Part shown: piece by piece, positions 12,029 through 25,812 of the stretch
Layout of the letters: every line of letters begins with the position of its first letter
Numbering within the stretch: the first letter of the stretch is position 1
From: Heteronotia binoei
Lineage: Eukaryota
Assembly (NCBI RefSeq): GCF_032191835.1
Contig: NC_083227.1
Coordinates: 10,478,001 to 10,542,000, forward strand
Direction: 5' to 3'
DNA length: 64,000 bases
Notes under the pieces: generated by a model
What the model saw: the letters and a program-made list of their open reading frames with translations, nothing else
Told to the model about the DNA's origin: nothing
Database searches by the model: none
Made by a program: the position numbers and the translations under genes

Positions 12029-12043
12029 CTGAGCGGACTGCAT
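12029..12043 (-). CDS. Gene A start exon, coding part (MQSAQ)
   Basis: GCCGCC-ATG CAG TCC GCT CAG|gtatgt; phase 0 joins KRAB-A in frame. Conserved in all four paralogs. Confidence 0.75.
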
Positions 12044-14458
12044 GGCGGCTCTCTTCCCTTCAGCAGACAGGGGAGACGGTGGAGGAGGCATCCAGGGAGT
12101 CCTTTTGCATGGGAGGGAGAGAAAGAAAGAGGGGGGAAACCCTATTAATCCATCCTCCTCCACCTCCCCTGGAAATGTTTCCTTCCAACCCCTTCCTGGG
12201 AGAGGAGTCCTTTTCCCTGCCTGAAACCACACTCCTCCCTCCTCCCCTCTGAGGGGGCCAAGACCTTCCCACTCCCCCCCCCCCGCAAAGAGAATGTGAG
12301 GGGAATGAGGTGAGAGAGTCCCTAGGGCAGGGGTCTCCAGCCCCCCAGCAGTGTACCGGTACTGGTCCATGTTCTATTAGCAACCAGGCCGTGAGTTGTA
12401 TAATTATTACATTATATATTACAATGTAATAAGACGACATTGTCCTGCCCTCCACTTCAAATTTTAAGAGTCTCAGAGCGACTCACAATCTCCTTTCCCT
12501 TCCTCCGCCACAACAGACACCCTGTGAGGTGGGTGGGGCTGAGAGGGCTCTCACAGCAGCTGCCCTTTCAAGGACAACTCCTATGAGAGCTATGGCTAAC
12601 CCAAGGCCATTTCCAGCAGCTGCAAGTGGAGGAGTGGGGACTCAAACCCCGTTCTCCCAGATAAGAGTCCGCACACTTAACCACCACACCAAACAAATAG
12701 AAATGAAGTGCACAATTGTATCATCCCGAAATCATCCCCCGACCCTGGTCTGTGGAAAAATTGTCTTCCACAAAACCAGTCCCTGGTGCCAAAAGACCAC
12801 TGCCTTAGAACAGGGGTGCCCAATGGTAGATCTCCAGATGTTTTTTTGCCTACAACTCCCATCAACCCCAGCCATTGGCTATGCTGGCTGGGGTTGATGG
12901 GAGTTGTAGGGAAAAAACATCTGGAGAGCTACCGTTGCCCACTCCTGCCTTAGAGGATGGGAGGGAGTGCCTGACTGGGAGAAGCCAGCTCAAAATTCAT
13001 TTCTCCCCGCACACAGAACACTAGCCCCACAAGGAAAAAAGTTCACCTGTGAGGCTTTTTTCTTGCGAGGAGATTTCCATGGAGGGAAGCCTCAAGGAAA
13101 GATGTCTTGAATCCAGGTGTGGATAAATCAGGAGAAAAGAGCATCTACTTTAAAACGTTCCTTGAATGATTATTGTCATAATAAAGCCTTGCTTCCATCA
13201 TACTTTTAAAATTACTTTCTCCTATGTGGTCACAGTGGCATGACGAAGATTTCCATCTGTCTACTTGATACGTTTGGGTTATTTCCCCGTTTTTTATGGG
13301 GAAAATATGAGAAAGTTTGTCAGATCTTAAGAGTTCAGAAAAATTCTCACAGGGGGGTTGATTTAATGGTTCTAACTGTTTGTTTTATTGTTGGTTTTGA
13401 ACTGCCGTATTGTGTTGTAATCCACCTTGGGCCCATTATGGGAAAGGGCAGACTATAAATTCGCAAAAATAGATTAAAAAAAATAAGCTGAACAATGGAG
13501 CCCAGATGCAAGGGGCGGGTTTGAGAAGGGGGAGAGTTAAGAAAAAAAGAACACAATAAAATTTAGAGGTTCTGAAGATCTACTCCTGTGAGCTCCTGCC
13601 CAAAAGGAGACCTGTGTAACCAGATTATAGATGCACTAGTCATTTGGCAAATTAATAAAAGAGAAGAGAGGAAGGAAAACTAGCAGCCATTGGGGCAGGC
13701 CTGGGGAATCTGAAATGGCCGCCTTCCCGCCTGGCTTGCGAAATTCAGCTCCACCCCAAAGCACCGGGCAAGATGGCAGAAAAGCCACGTGGAAACTCCG
13801 GCAGGGCCCCCAAATCCTGCAGGGTGCTGTGCAGAAGCAGGCAAATGCATCCCCCCCCCCCCCCCCAAGCATCAAACCTGGAGCAAATCCCCGGTGGGGA
13901 GAAGATCTGGCCCTCCAACTTCCATTCCCCCAGGACAGAAGGGGCACAGTCTTTGGATGCTTTAGATCTCCTCCAAAAATCCCCCCTTCTGCACTCTTCA
14001 GATTCCTCGTGTGGGTCTTCTGAGGGTCCAGTGACAAGGTCCTTCTGCCCCCCTGAGCCTTTTCTTCAGCCTCTCCGTCCCTGTCCCCCCCCCTCCCAAA
14101 TCCGCTCCTCAGCCCCCCACCCCACCCGTGCCCCCTTCTCCCCACCCCAAATCTCACTCTCCCCCCCCCCAAAAAAAAACTCCTTCCTAAATGTGCCTCT
14201 GGCAGCCACTTCGACTCCCTCCAGTCTCCCAAGGTGCCGCATTCGAATCCTGCGCTCCAGTCCGCTGATGGAACCACGTGACTCTGTGCAAAGGGGACCA
14301 GCGTGGGGCAGGAGGGAGGGTACCAAAGGAGGCAAGGAAGACACTGGGGGGGAGGGCGGGTGCTCTCTTTCAACCCCACTTCTTGACCCCCCCCCCCTGC
14401 TTTAAATCTTGCATTGCAGCCCCCAACCCACATTTCCCTACCTCCAAAGGCAGCTCAC

Positions 14459-14600
14459 CGGGTTCCCTCCCAGCCAGTGAAGCGGAAGCCAGACTCCAGG
14501 GCGCTTTCTTGCAAGGGGGCGGGGAAGGAAATAGTGCCCCCCCTTCTCCACAGCCCCGCCCTAAGTGCCTCTCTAGGACTGCCCCCCTCTCTCTTTCTCT
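14459..14600 (-). promoter_or_regulatory. Gene A GC-rich promoter / non-coding exon 1
   Basis: Donor CCG|GTGAGC conserved in A (14459), B (34183), C (39941) and D (59654), with GC-box and GGAAG motifs. TSS not determined. Confidence 0.55.
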
Positions 14601-14674
14601 CTGACCCTTCCAGACAGTCCTCATTTGGGGAAAAGGAAAGTTGGTGGAATTCACGAGCCGTGTTCCCTCTAAGC

Positions 14675-15005
14675 CAGGGGTGGCCAAATTTGCTTAATGT
14701 AAGAGCCACATAGAATACACATCAGATGTTTGAGAGGAGCAAGAAATGAACGTCAGATGTTTGAGAGCTGCAAGGAAGGCCGATAGATGTACCTGTGGTA
14801 TGTGGTATGGAGGGAGAGGTGGTAAGAAAGCAACTTGAACTTTAAATGCATTCTCCAAGCTGTTGGCTGGCTTGGCTTGGAGAAGTGACTTAAAGAGACA
14901 GCCTTCTCCGAGCTGGCTGATGGGGCAGTGGGGCCTTCAAGAGCCACACGATATGTGTGAAAGAGAGCCACATGTGGCTCCCGAGCCGAAATTTGGCTAC
15001 CCCTG
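14675..15005. mobile_element. hAT-type MITE nested in a second hAT MITE (~14659-15190)
   Basis: Ends CAGGGGTGGCCAAA...TTTGGCTACCCCTG; 8-bp TSD ctctaagc/ctctaaac. Confidence 0.8.
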
Positions 15006-15491
15006 CTCTAAACTGAGTTGGCATAAACTAGATCACAGATTTTTAGCCTCCAGCTCGCACGTTTTTGACTTCGCTCAGGAAGAATGGCCCCAGGGCGCAC
15101 TAATTAATGCAGGAGCTCACCACTTGAAGGCCAGGAGCTTGCAAAGTAGAATTTTGGCTCACAACACTCTGCAGCTGAGAGGGAACATTCTTCGTGAGTC
15201 ACATCTAAGGTGGCATTGAGTTCCCCCCTCAGGGACTGAGACCAACACAAAACGAAGTTGGCCTTAAAGGTGCAATCGACTCCTATTTCGTTCTATTCAG
15301 AAGGGAAGCTTTCGTGTGCATGCCCACTTCTTCAGACGAGGAATGAGGTACAGGAAGCAGAGCCACATAGAGCTGGCGGGGTTTGGAAAGCTGACGTTCT
15401 GAATAAAGGGAAGTTGGTCTTAAAGGTGCAATCGACTCCTATCCTTTTTTATGCGCTCCCAGCCGAGTTCCCGCTGCCGGCAGCGGCTCTG

Positions 15492-15560
15492 CCCAGCGAC
15501 TCGTGACGCTTTCAAGAGCGCGTCTCACCGATTGGAGAGAAATTGCCCCCCTCGGCCAAT
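15492..15560 (+). promoter_or_regulatory. MHC-type SXY promoter module (X1X2 box, Y box, CCAAT)
   Basis: CCCAGCGACTCGTGACGC (15492-15509), ATTGG (15531-15535), CCAAT (15556-15560). Same order as the HLA class I proximal promoter as recalled, with similar spacing. Confidence 0.7.
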
Positions 15561-15649
15561 CCCGACTCTCGCCCTGTGTGTTCCTCCCCTCAACCCCTCC
15601 GCTCCTCTCCCTGGGGCGAAAGGGCATTGCAAGAAGCGCACGGATCGAA

Positions 15650-15719
15650 ATGGGTTTGCCCCCGAGGGGGCTGCTGCTGAGAGGCGTCGTCCTCCTGCTG
15701 GTGGCGCTGCGGGGCTCCG
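15650..15719 (+). CDS. Signal-peptide exon, MHC class I-like leader; downstream exons not found
   Basis: MGLPPRGLLLRGVVLLLVALRGS + G|gtgagt; 70 bp, phase 1, in a CpG-rich island 90 bp after the CCAAT box. Confidence 0.65.
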
Positions 15720-16169
15720 GTGAGTCCCTCCCTCCGCGGGTGCAAAGTGTTCCAGGAGGGGCAGTGTAGAATTTACACGGGGGATACTGTGCAAAGTTTG
15801 GGGGTCGTTGTGAAACGCGTTTCCTGGGCTCCAAAACGGGGTGGGGGAAGGAGTCTGTTTCCTTCCGCTCCAGTGTTTGGAAGCGCTCCGGGGCGGAGAC
15901 CTGGCAGAAGTCCCGCCTAACTCAGAGGTGTCGAACCCATTTGTTAGAAGGGCCAGATTTGATATAAATGAGACCTTCTGGGGCCAGGGCATGTTTTATT
16001 TAAAGCTAGGTAGCAGAGATACAAACTTTATAAAGGATACAGACAATTAAATTAAATTTAAAAAAGACATTTAAAACATGCTTGAAATGTTAGCGCTTTT
16101 TGGTCTTAAAGGTGCTTGCTTTGTATTTCTCCCATGGGATCCAGGGAACTGGACAAAGGGAGCTCTGGC

Positions 16170-16220
16170 TCCTTCCTTCCTTCCTTCCTTCCTTCCTTCC
16201 TTCCTTCCTTCCTTCCTTCC
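16170..16220 (+). repeat. (CCTT)n microsatellite
   Basis: Direct reading. Confidence 0.95.
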
Positions 16221-16562
16221 TTCCTTCCTTCCTTCCTTCCTAGGGGACCAGGAAGAGAGGCTTGGCTCAGTAGCTCTGCTGTGTGATTGAGAAAGTATAC
16301 ACAAGCTCTGCCTTCAAGACTGAATCAAGACCTAGGTTTCCTGTCTCATTACCAATGCCAGTTTCTACTACCTCTCTGCATATTACATCTGATCCAATCA
16401 TCCCTGTTGTTGTCATTCGCCTGCTAATCTCATCTGCCATCTGAGATCACTCCACTTTCCGCTATATAGGAGAAATGGGCTCATATTCTAGCTGCATCCG
16501 AAAAAGTGATGGACCCAGGGTCTGATTCAGTAGAAGGCAGCTTCATATGTTCATATATGTAT

Positions 16563-16778
16563 GGGGAGGGACGGTGGTTCAGTGGTAGAGCACCTGCTTG
16601 GTAAGCAGAAGGTCCCAGGTTCAATCCCCGGCATCTCCAACTAAAAAGGGTCTAGGCAAGTAGGCGTGAAAAACCTCAGCTTGAGACCCTGGAGAGCCTC
16701 TGCCAGTCTGAGTCAACAATACTGACTTTGATGGACCCAGGATCTGATTTGGTATAAGGCAGCTTCGTATGTTCTCAT
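16563..16778 (+). mobile_element. tRNA-derived SINE (Squam3-like)
   Basis: Head GGGGAGGGACGGTGGxTCAGTGGTAGAGC and tail AAGGCAGCTTCATATG. Copies at ~36977-37179, 55368-55581 (-), 58614-58828. Confidence 0.8.
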
Positions 16779-17005
16779 AAGATGCCAAAATTTGGCCTGG
16801 ATTGTGTATCAGTGATCGCCACTGTCACAGTTCCCATAATGGGCTAAAAAAAAAAAAAATCCCCATTATGATTTCTTGGAAGGCAGCTGAGATTATTTCT
16901 GCTGGGTCTGTAAAAGCCTGGCAGAAAGCTTGGTGCACAACAGGGAAGAAATCCAACAGATCAGCCATAGCACCACCGTTAAAGCTGCCCCTAATGACTT
17001 TCTAC

Positions 17006-17420
17006 TAGGGTTGCCAATCCCCAGGTGGGGGCAGGGGATCCCCCGGTTTGGAGGCCCTCCCCCCACTTCAAGATCATCATAAAGGGGGTGCAGGAAATGT
17101 TTGCTGGGCACTCCGTTATTCCCTATGGAGACTGGGTATTCCCAAAGGGTATAATGGAGAATGGATCCATGGATATCTGGGGCTCGGGGGGATTTTTTTT
17201 TAATGTACAGGCACCAAATTTGCAGCATAGCATTCCATACCTCTTCTCAAAGTACACTCCAAGTTTCAAAAAGATTGGACCGGAGGCCCAATTCTATGAG
17301 CCCCAAAAGGTGCCCCTATCCTTCATTGTTTCCAGTGGAGTTCAATGATGCTTGTCACACCCTTGCTCCTGGCTCCACCCCACAGTCCCCAGATATTTCT
17401 TGAATGGGACTTGGCAACCC
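17006..17420. mobile_element. hAT-type MITE (TAGGGTTGCCA ends)
   Basis: Inverted ends TAGGGTTGCCAA/TTGGCAACCCTA; TSD ctttctac/ttttctac. Another copy at ~61502-62008. Confidence 0.8.
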
Positions 17421-18904
17421 TATTTTCTACCTGTGTTTGAAGATCGGAGCGGCCCAGCCTAGAAGAATAAAAGAAAGGCACCCTGTTGTGTATGTGGGCT
17501 CACACAATACATTTTAGCAGTGTTCCTGCCTGGCTCATTGGAGCCATGTGGACTGAGCTTGGGGACTCGGGAACAATGGGCAGTTGGTTCCAAATTCTTG
17601 CTGCCCTGAACCAGTCACAGGTGCGAAAGACTGAATGAGTTTTTAACATAATTTTTTTACATAATAATGTTAAGAGCTGAACTGGCCTATATTTCACTTG
17701 TTTACCTCATCCATTGCAACACCGTCTTCTATGGGAGTTTAAAACATTTCAAAATCATACCGGAACCCTGTATTACTACCATAAGAATCTAATGGAACCC
17801 CATTTGAAATTGTAGATACTTTCTTAACATTAAGACTATAACCAGTGAACTAATCCTAATTGGTTGCCATCCTCTAAATAGGAAATTTCCTTCTGAAAAG
17901 GTTGTTCCATAGAAAAGTCTCTCAGAACTTCTATGATTCCAGTTATGACAATTCCCACATTAGAACTCTCTTAACGGGGTACAGATTGTTTCTGCTGGTG
18001 TCTTTTAAATTTTACTGCAGATAAGCAGCTCTTAAAATTATTATGTAAAAAAATATTATGGTAAAGGGCCATTCAAGTGGAGGTATTGCAATGGGTTTCA
18101 GCCTAGAAGTTTTGTTAATGTTATACCTTTAAGAAACTAATGTGTAACACACAGCTGCATGGAATCATCAGCATGGTCTTTAAAGCAGAGTTAGCGGTTC
18201 AGTTTTTTACATAGAACATTTGTTAGTAGACTCTAAGAGGTTTTTGCATTCATTTATAGAAGAGGCACAGGACTGGCCTTAAAATTATACACTTAAGTGG
18301 TTTTGAGCTGATTTGCTGTCAAAATAATGGTTTGCTCAAAATTAAGAATAAATAATAATTATAGATAGTATAAGAGAAATTGGCCATCTAAGAGAACAGC
18401 TTGCCGCTAATAAAAAATATTGCAGAGAGCTATATTGGCCAGCAAACTCCAGAAGACTTGTGCATCTGGTTAAATTAATAAGTTTGGACTGGTTTAAGCT
18501 TCTAATACAAATGCACTTAAGTGTTATCGAGTGGTAAGTTTTTTACAACTATATATAAAATTAAGCATTACCTGTTTCCATGCAGCTTTGTGGTATGTCT
18601 TCTTGTAATTACCTTGATTTATTCCAAGATGAGAAAAACTGAGATAGAAGATGCTGCAGAAGAGCATTAGCACTGGGTTGTTACAAGAAACTGGTAACCC
18701 TGGAAGAAATACTCCTGAGGAAGTCCACTGATGAAATGAGCTCGTAGGACCTTTCTTGTAATATTGGAATGTGAGAATGGACCTCTGTGATAGTATTGTT
18801 ATGTGAATGGATATTGCTAGTGAAGTATACAAAGATATTGAAAAAAGGTTGTTAATGGTTTTATTAAACATTGTTAGCCAGTACATCACAGTATTTGTTT
18901 CTTT

Positions 18905-19530
18905 CACCGCCTCCAATCTTTCAGCACCTCACCTGTTCTCCAAGAATTCTCAAAAATATTGGCCAGAGGCTCAGAAATTACATCCACAAGTTCTTTTAGC
19001 ACCCTTGGTTGCAGTCCATCTGGCCCTGCGGACTTAGTTTCACTTCACAAAACTTGGTGTTTATGTACTACCCCTATGCCGATCCTAGGCTGCAGCGCTT
19101 TTCCTTCACCACGTGTTCTGTTTTTGACATGTTAAGCACCTTTTTCCTCATAAGAGAAGACTGAGGAAAAGTGGGAATTGAGCAGTTCTGCCCTCTTCAT
19201 CCCGTTACAATTTCACTTTTCTGTTCTCACAATGGACCTACCATGTCCTTGCTTTTTTTCTTGCTTTCTACATAAGAAAAGAACTCTTTTTTGTTGTTTT
19301 TAGCATCTCTCACTAGCCTAAGCTCATACTGGGCTTTAGCTTTCCTAATTCTTTCTCTACAAGCACTGGTGATTTGTTTATATTCATCCTTGGTTATAAG
19401 GCTCTCCTTCCATTTCCTAAGTGAGCCTTTTATATTTCTCAAATCCTTAGAAAACGGTTTATGGAGCCACCTTGACTTCTTTACGCTTCTCCCATTCTTC
19501 CTTCTCACAGGAATCATTTCTGATCGTGAT
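18905..19530 (-). mobile_element. Old CR1 ORF2 fragment
   Basis: RERIRKAKAQYELRL...KKEFFSYV. Inverted paralog of 54190-54800. Confidence 0.8.
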
Positions 19531-20191
19531 GTTGAGGGCTTTTTTTGTAGCAGAGTTAGACTCTAACCTTTGCATATTTGGCCACACACCCCTGATGTAG
19601 CCAATCCTCCATGAACTTACAGTAGGCCCTGGAAGAAGAGCCCTGTAAGCTCTTGGAGGATTGGCTACATCAGGGAGGTGTGGCCTAATATACAAAGGAG
19701 TTCCTGCTACAAAAAAAGCCCTTCTGCAGGCAAGAAGGACCAAGATATGTGATCATCAGTTGCTTCAATAAAGCCCGATAAGAACACCAATTCAAGTAGA
19801 ACCACCAATTTGGGTTTAACTGAACAAAGTTTCTGAGAGACTTCACTCTTCCAGTAAAATGAAATATTCAGCATCAGACTTTAGATCTTGTGTCAGCAGA
19901 ACAAACAGTGAACTCTTAAGGATCATAATGTATTAATTTAAAATAAAGCGTTACACAGGCAAGAATTTGATGTACAGGTACAAGTTTATCAAGTACAGCA
20001 AAATGTATACACTAAAATCTAGTAATGTTTTTCAAACTTTAAAATACATTGCACATTGATTTAAATGAATTACATTAGTTTACATTAATTTACATTTGTT
20101 TAAAATACATTACACAGGAGCAACACACCCCACACAGTAGTTTGTGCACATTTGTTACAGCATTTTGTAGAAAAAGAACAAGGGCCCCCTG

Positions 20192-20720
20192 TGTCAGTGT
20201 TGAGTTCCTTTAAGAACTAAACTGCTGAGTCAAGGTTATGCAACTAAAACTATACAGCTGTGATAGAAGTCACGAGAAGCACAGGTGTAGCTCATGTTAC
20301 CAATCAGGCTTAGGATTGGGTGGCTGCACTATATCTGTGGTAGCATTACCCACAGCACTTTGCCTTGGCTTACATGCCGTGCCTTGGCCTTGGGCGATGC
20401 TGGATGAATAACATATGTGAAGGAGAAACTCTGTTGAACTGTTACTTTGGAGGACTGACTGACTGACTACTTTGCTGATTCATGTAATGTATTGGACTGA
20501 CTTTGACTTCTCTATTGGACTGTGATTTGGTGCTGCATATTGGAGGACTGCTATTCTGTGTATGACCATTGCCTGCTTTGACTGCCTCTTACGTTTAACC
20601 CAAAATATATCTGTTAACTGGCTGTTGTGGAGTCTTTGTTTTTACCACAGTGTTCTGGAGTGCACTAAACTGTCTACTCACTCAGGGGACCACACCTTCC
20701 TACGCATTCAAACTCTGTCA
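20192..20720. mobile_element. Solo LTR (gene B 3' flank only)
   Basis: TG...CA ends and 5-bp TSD CCCTG (20187-20191, 20721-20725). Empty site in the gene C paralog (~50905). Confidence 0.8.
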
Positions 20721-20791
20721 CCCTGCTTTCAATTTTGGAGGTTTATATACATCTCACCATCATAATGAAAAAGTTAAGACAGGAAATCGAG

Positions 20792-22196
20792 TACCATACC
20801 ATACCAAACCTTTAACGGTGTAACAGTTGCAAATAAAAATACACAGAATATAAAAATTCAAACATTGGAGATATAATCAAAATGAAACTCAAAATGGAGC
20901 TTACAGATGCATTCATACATGGTCAGATTTAAATTGAAGGATGTCAGCCAAAAATTTTGCCACTGCCTCGCTAACCTCCCCCTCAGTATCGTTCAATAAA
21001 TAATAACAGGGTGGCAGAATAGACAAATCTGGGGAGAAAGAAAGCTTGCAAAATAAATCTTTACGGAGATTATGATGAAAGGAACAATCAGGCAATATGT
21101 GCTGAATGGAGTCAGGAATATTCGCTCCACAGGAACAGAGTCTGTCGCCTAAAGGGACTCGATGATATCTCCCTTGTAAAACTTTGGAGGGAAACGCATT
21201 TAGTCTAGTTAACATAAATGCCCTGTGATGACGTCGAATGGTTAAGTCTGATAGATAATGGGGCATTTTGCCGCAGAACGCATAAAGACCTAAGGAAGCT
21301 GGGGAGCAAATATAAGGGTCTGTTGGCCGTAGTTTCGTTTCCTCCAACTCCAACAGTCTCAATTTAATACATCTGAAGATATATGACTCATCAGAGGTAA
21401 AAAAATCAACCTCTATCCCCAACTGGTTAAGTTTGGACATAAGCACTGCTGTCCAGGATGAAATATATGGGTCTCTGTTCATACACTCAAGAAGGCTGTT
21501 AGGATCTGTTCTAAAGTGAATTTTGAGCCAGAATTTAAACACTGCAATCCAGGCTTTTGTCTCCACCAAAGACTGACCCACTTCAGAGCGGAGAGCAAAG
21601 TAGGGCACACATTTTGGCATACCAAGAATTTGTCTAAAGAATGAGGCTTGAATGCCCTGCTCTTTCCTGGTAAATGCTGAGATCCATATAGGGGTCCCAT
21701 AGAGAATTTGGGTTAGCGTTTTAGCTTTGAACACCTTAATTGCTGCCGGAACTAATTGGTTGCCCCTTGCAAAGAAAAACTGTTTGATATGAGCAACCGA
21801 ACATTTAGCCAAGTTGATGATGTTGTGACGATGTGAAACCCAGCTTGTGATTAAAAGTGATCCCCGAGTATTTAAAAAAAATTGTTTGCTCAATTGTTGA
21901 GTTGCCAATAAACCATCTCTGTGGGCGCCAGCAATTTGAAAAGACAACTACTTTAGATTTGGCATAATTGATAGAGTGAACTACAATTACAGCAGTCATA
22001 GAAGGCATTCAAATACCTTTGCAGGCCCACGCTTGTGTAAGAGAGGATGGTAGTATCATCAGCATAAAGTAATAAGGGGACCGCTCGGCCTGCTAGTTTA
22101 GGTGGATGACCATTAGTAGGGTTCAAAAATTGTACCAGGTCAGTTAAAAATAAATTTAAAAGATGCGGGGCCAGCACGCAACCTTGTTTAACCCCG
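20792..22196 (-). mobile_element. 5'-truncated non-LTR retrotransposon (RT end plus C-terminal Cys/His motif), clade unassigned
   Basis: LLLYADD motif; RLCSCGANIPDSIQHILPDC; 10-bp TSD GGAAATCGAG (20782-20791, 22197-22206); (TGGTA)n tail. Related older fragment at ~22560-23140. Confidence 0.85.
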
Positions 22197-22798
22197 GGAA
22201 ATCGAGATTTTAAGGTTGCATACTTTGGCAGCTCATGAGTTAAACTCTGATCTGGGACTTCTGACCTTGCTCAGCTAATGGATGCGTACATAAAAAATGT
22301 GGGGTCATTCCCCACTGCAAAAGAATTCATTTGTTGTGGACAGCTCCAGCAGTAGGTGAATGTGCTGGTCAGTATTTACTTCATATTTATTCCGTATTTT
22401 TATTGTCTTGCTTCATGCCCAAAGTATAGTTTATTTCATGTTGTATACTGACCAATATCTCTCTCTATCCATCCATCTATATCCGTTTTTGGAAATCAAT
22501 TTTGAACCTGTCTCTTAAATACTATTTTTTCTTATTCTCCACTTTTCCTAGAACAGCAGTGGCAAATTTAGCCACTTGGATACTGATATATTTTACCCTA
22601 TCTGACAATAGAAAGACCAATTTCTCTTGGTCTGTTTTTTTTAAGAGAGGTGAGATATAATGGGACATAAAAACCTACTTCGTTCAGCTTCATGTTTTAT
22701 GCAATGAAATACAGCATGAGGTAAGTCTTCAATGGACTTTTGATCACAAGCACATACTCTTTGCCCATATGGCAACCCTTTGTAACGACCTTCTATGG

Positions 22799-22935
22799 CA
22801 GGGGTGGCCAACGGTAGCTCTCCAGATGTTTTTTTGCCTACGATTCCAATCACCCCCAGCCATTGGCCATGCTGGCTGGGGCTGATGGGAGTTGTAGGCA
22901 AAAAACATCTGGAGAGCTACCGTTGGCCACCCCTG
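22799..22935. mobile_element. 137-bp palindromic hAT MITE (type copy)
   Basis: Long TIR CAGGGGTGGCCAACGGTAGCTCTCCAGATG; perfect 8-bp TSD TTCTATGG. Copies at 11527, 12811, ~31381, ~36128, ~41465, ~42744. Confidence 0.92.
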
Positions 22936-23349
22936 TTCTATGGCCATGACTGGTAGACTATCAAAACGAGCCCAAGTAAAGGCCTTTCTATATTTAGGAT
23001 TGTTTAAATTGGCAAAATATGGAGAGGATGTCAAGGGAGATGGAGATAATTGTTTATAGATCACGGTGGTTCTCAGTTTGTCAAATAAAACCATATCAGT
23101 CTGTGCACTCTGGTCAAGCAATCTTTGTTTAATAAGAGATTTGGCATCATCATTAAGATGGACAAATACTATTTTAATAACTTTGTAGTAATTTTTATTA
23201 AGGGGTGTTTTTATTATCTGTTATTAAATACAAAATTATTTTTTTCATAGATTCCACCCCCCCCCCCCCCCGGCAAAGCCTGCATGGCGAAACACATAGG
23301 GATTCTGTATAATTCAGTCATCTATCGCCGAGTATTTATATTTTATCCC

Positions 23350-25812
<2,463 letters not shown>

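Noticed and set aside
1-14750. Gene A as a falsely duplicated haplotype of gene C
   Set aside because: Several independent insertions, an inversion and a finger indel are more than expected between alleles. Read depth would settle it.
17521-17620. Exon-like segment ending LNQSQ|gt as a possible MHC alpha1 exon
   Set aside because: Only 100 bp, wrong Trp spacing and phase, and splicing from the leader reaches TGA at 17607-17609.
17700-18890. AT-rich stretch resembling a degenerate L1-type ORF2
   Set aside because: Too decayed to support without a database search.
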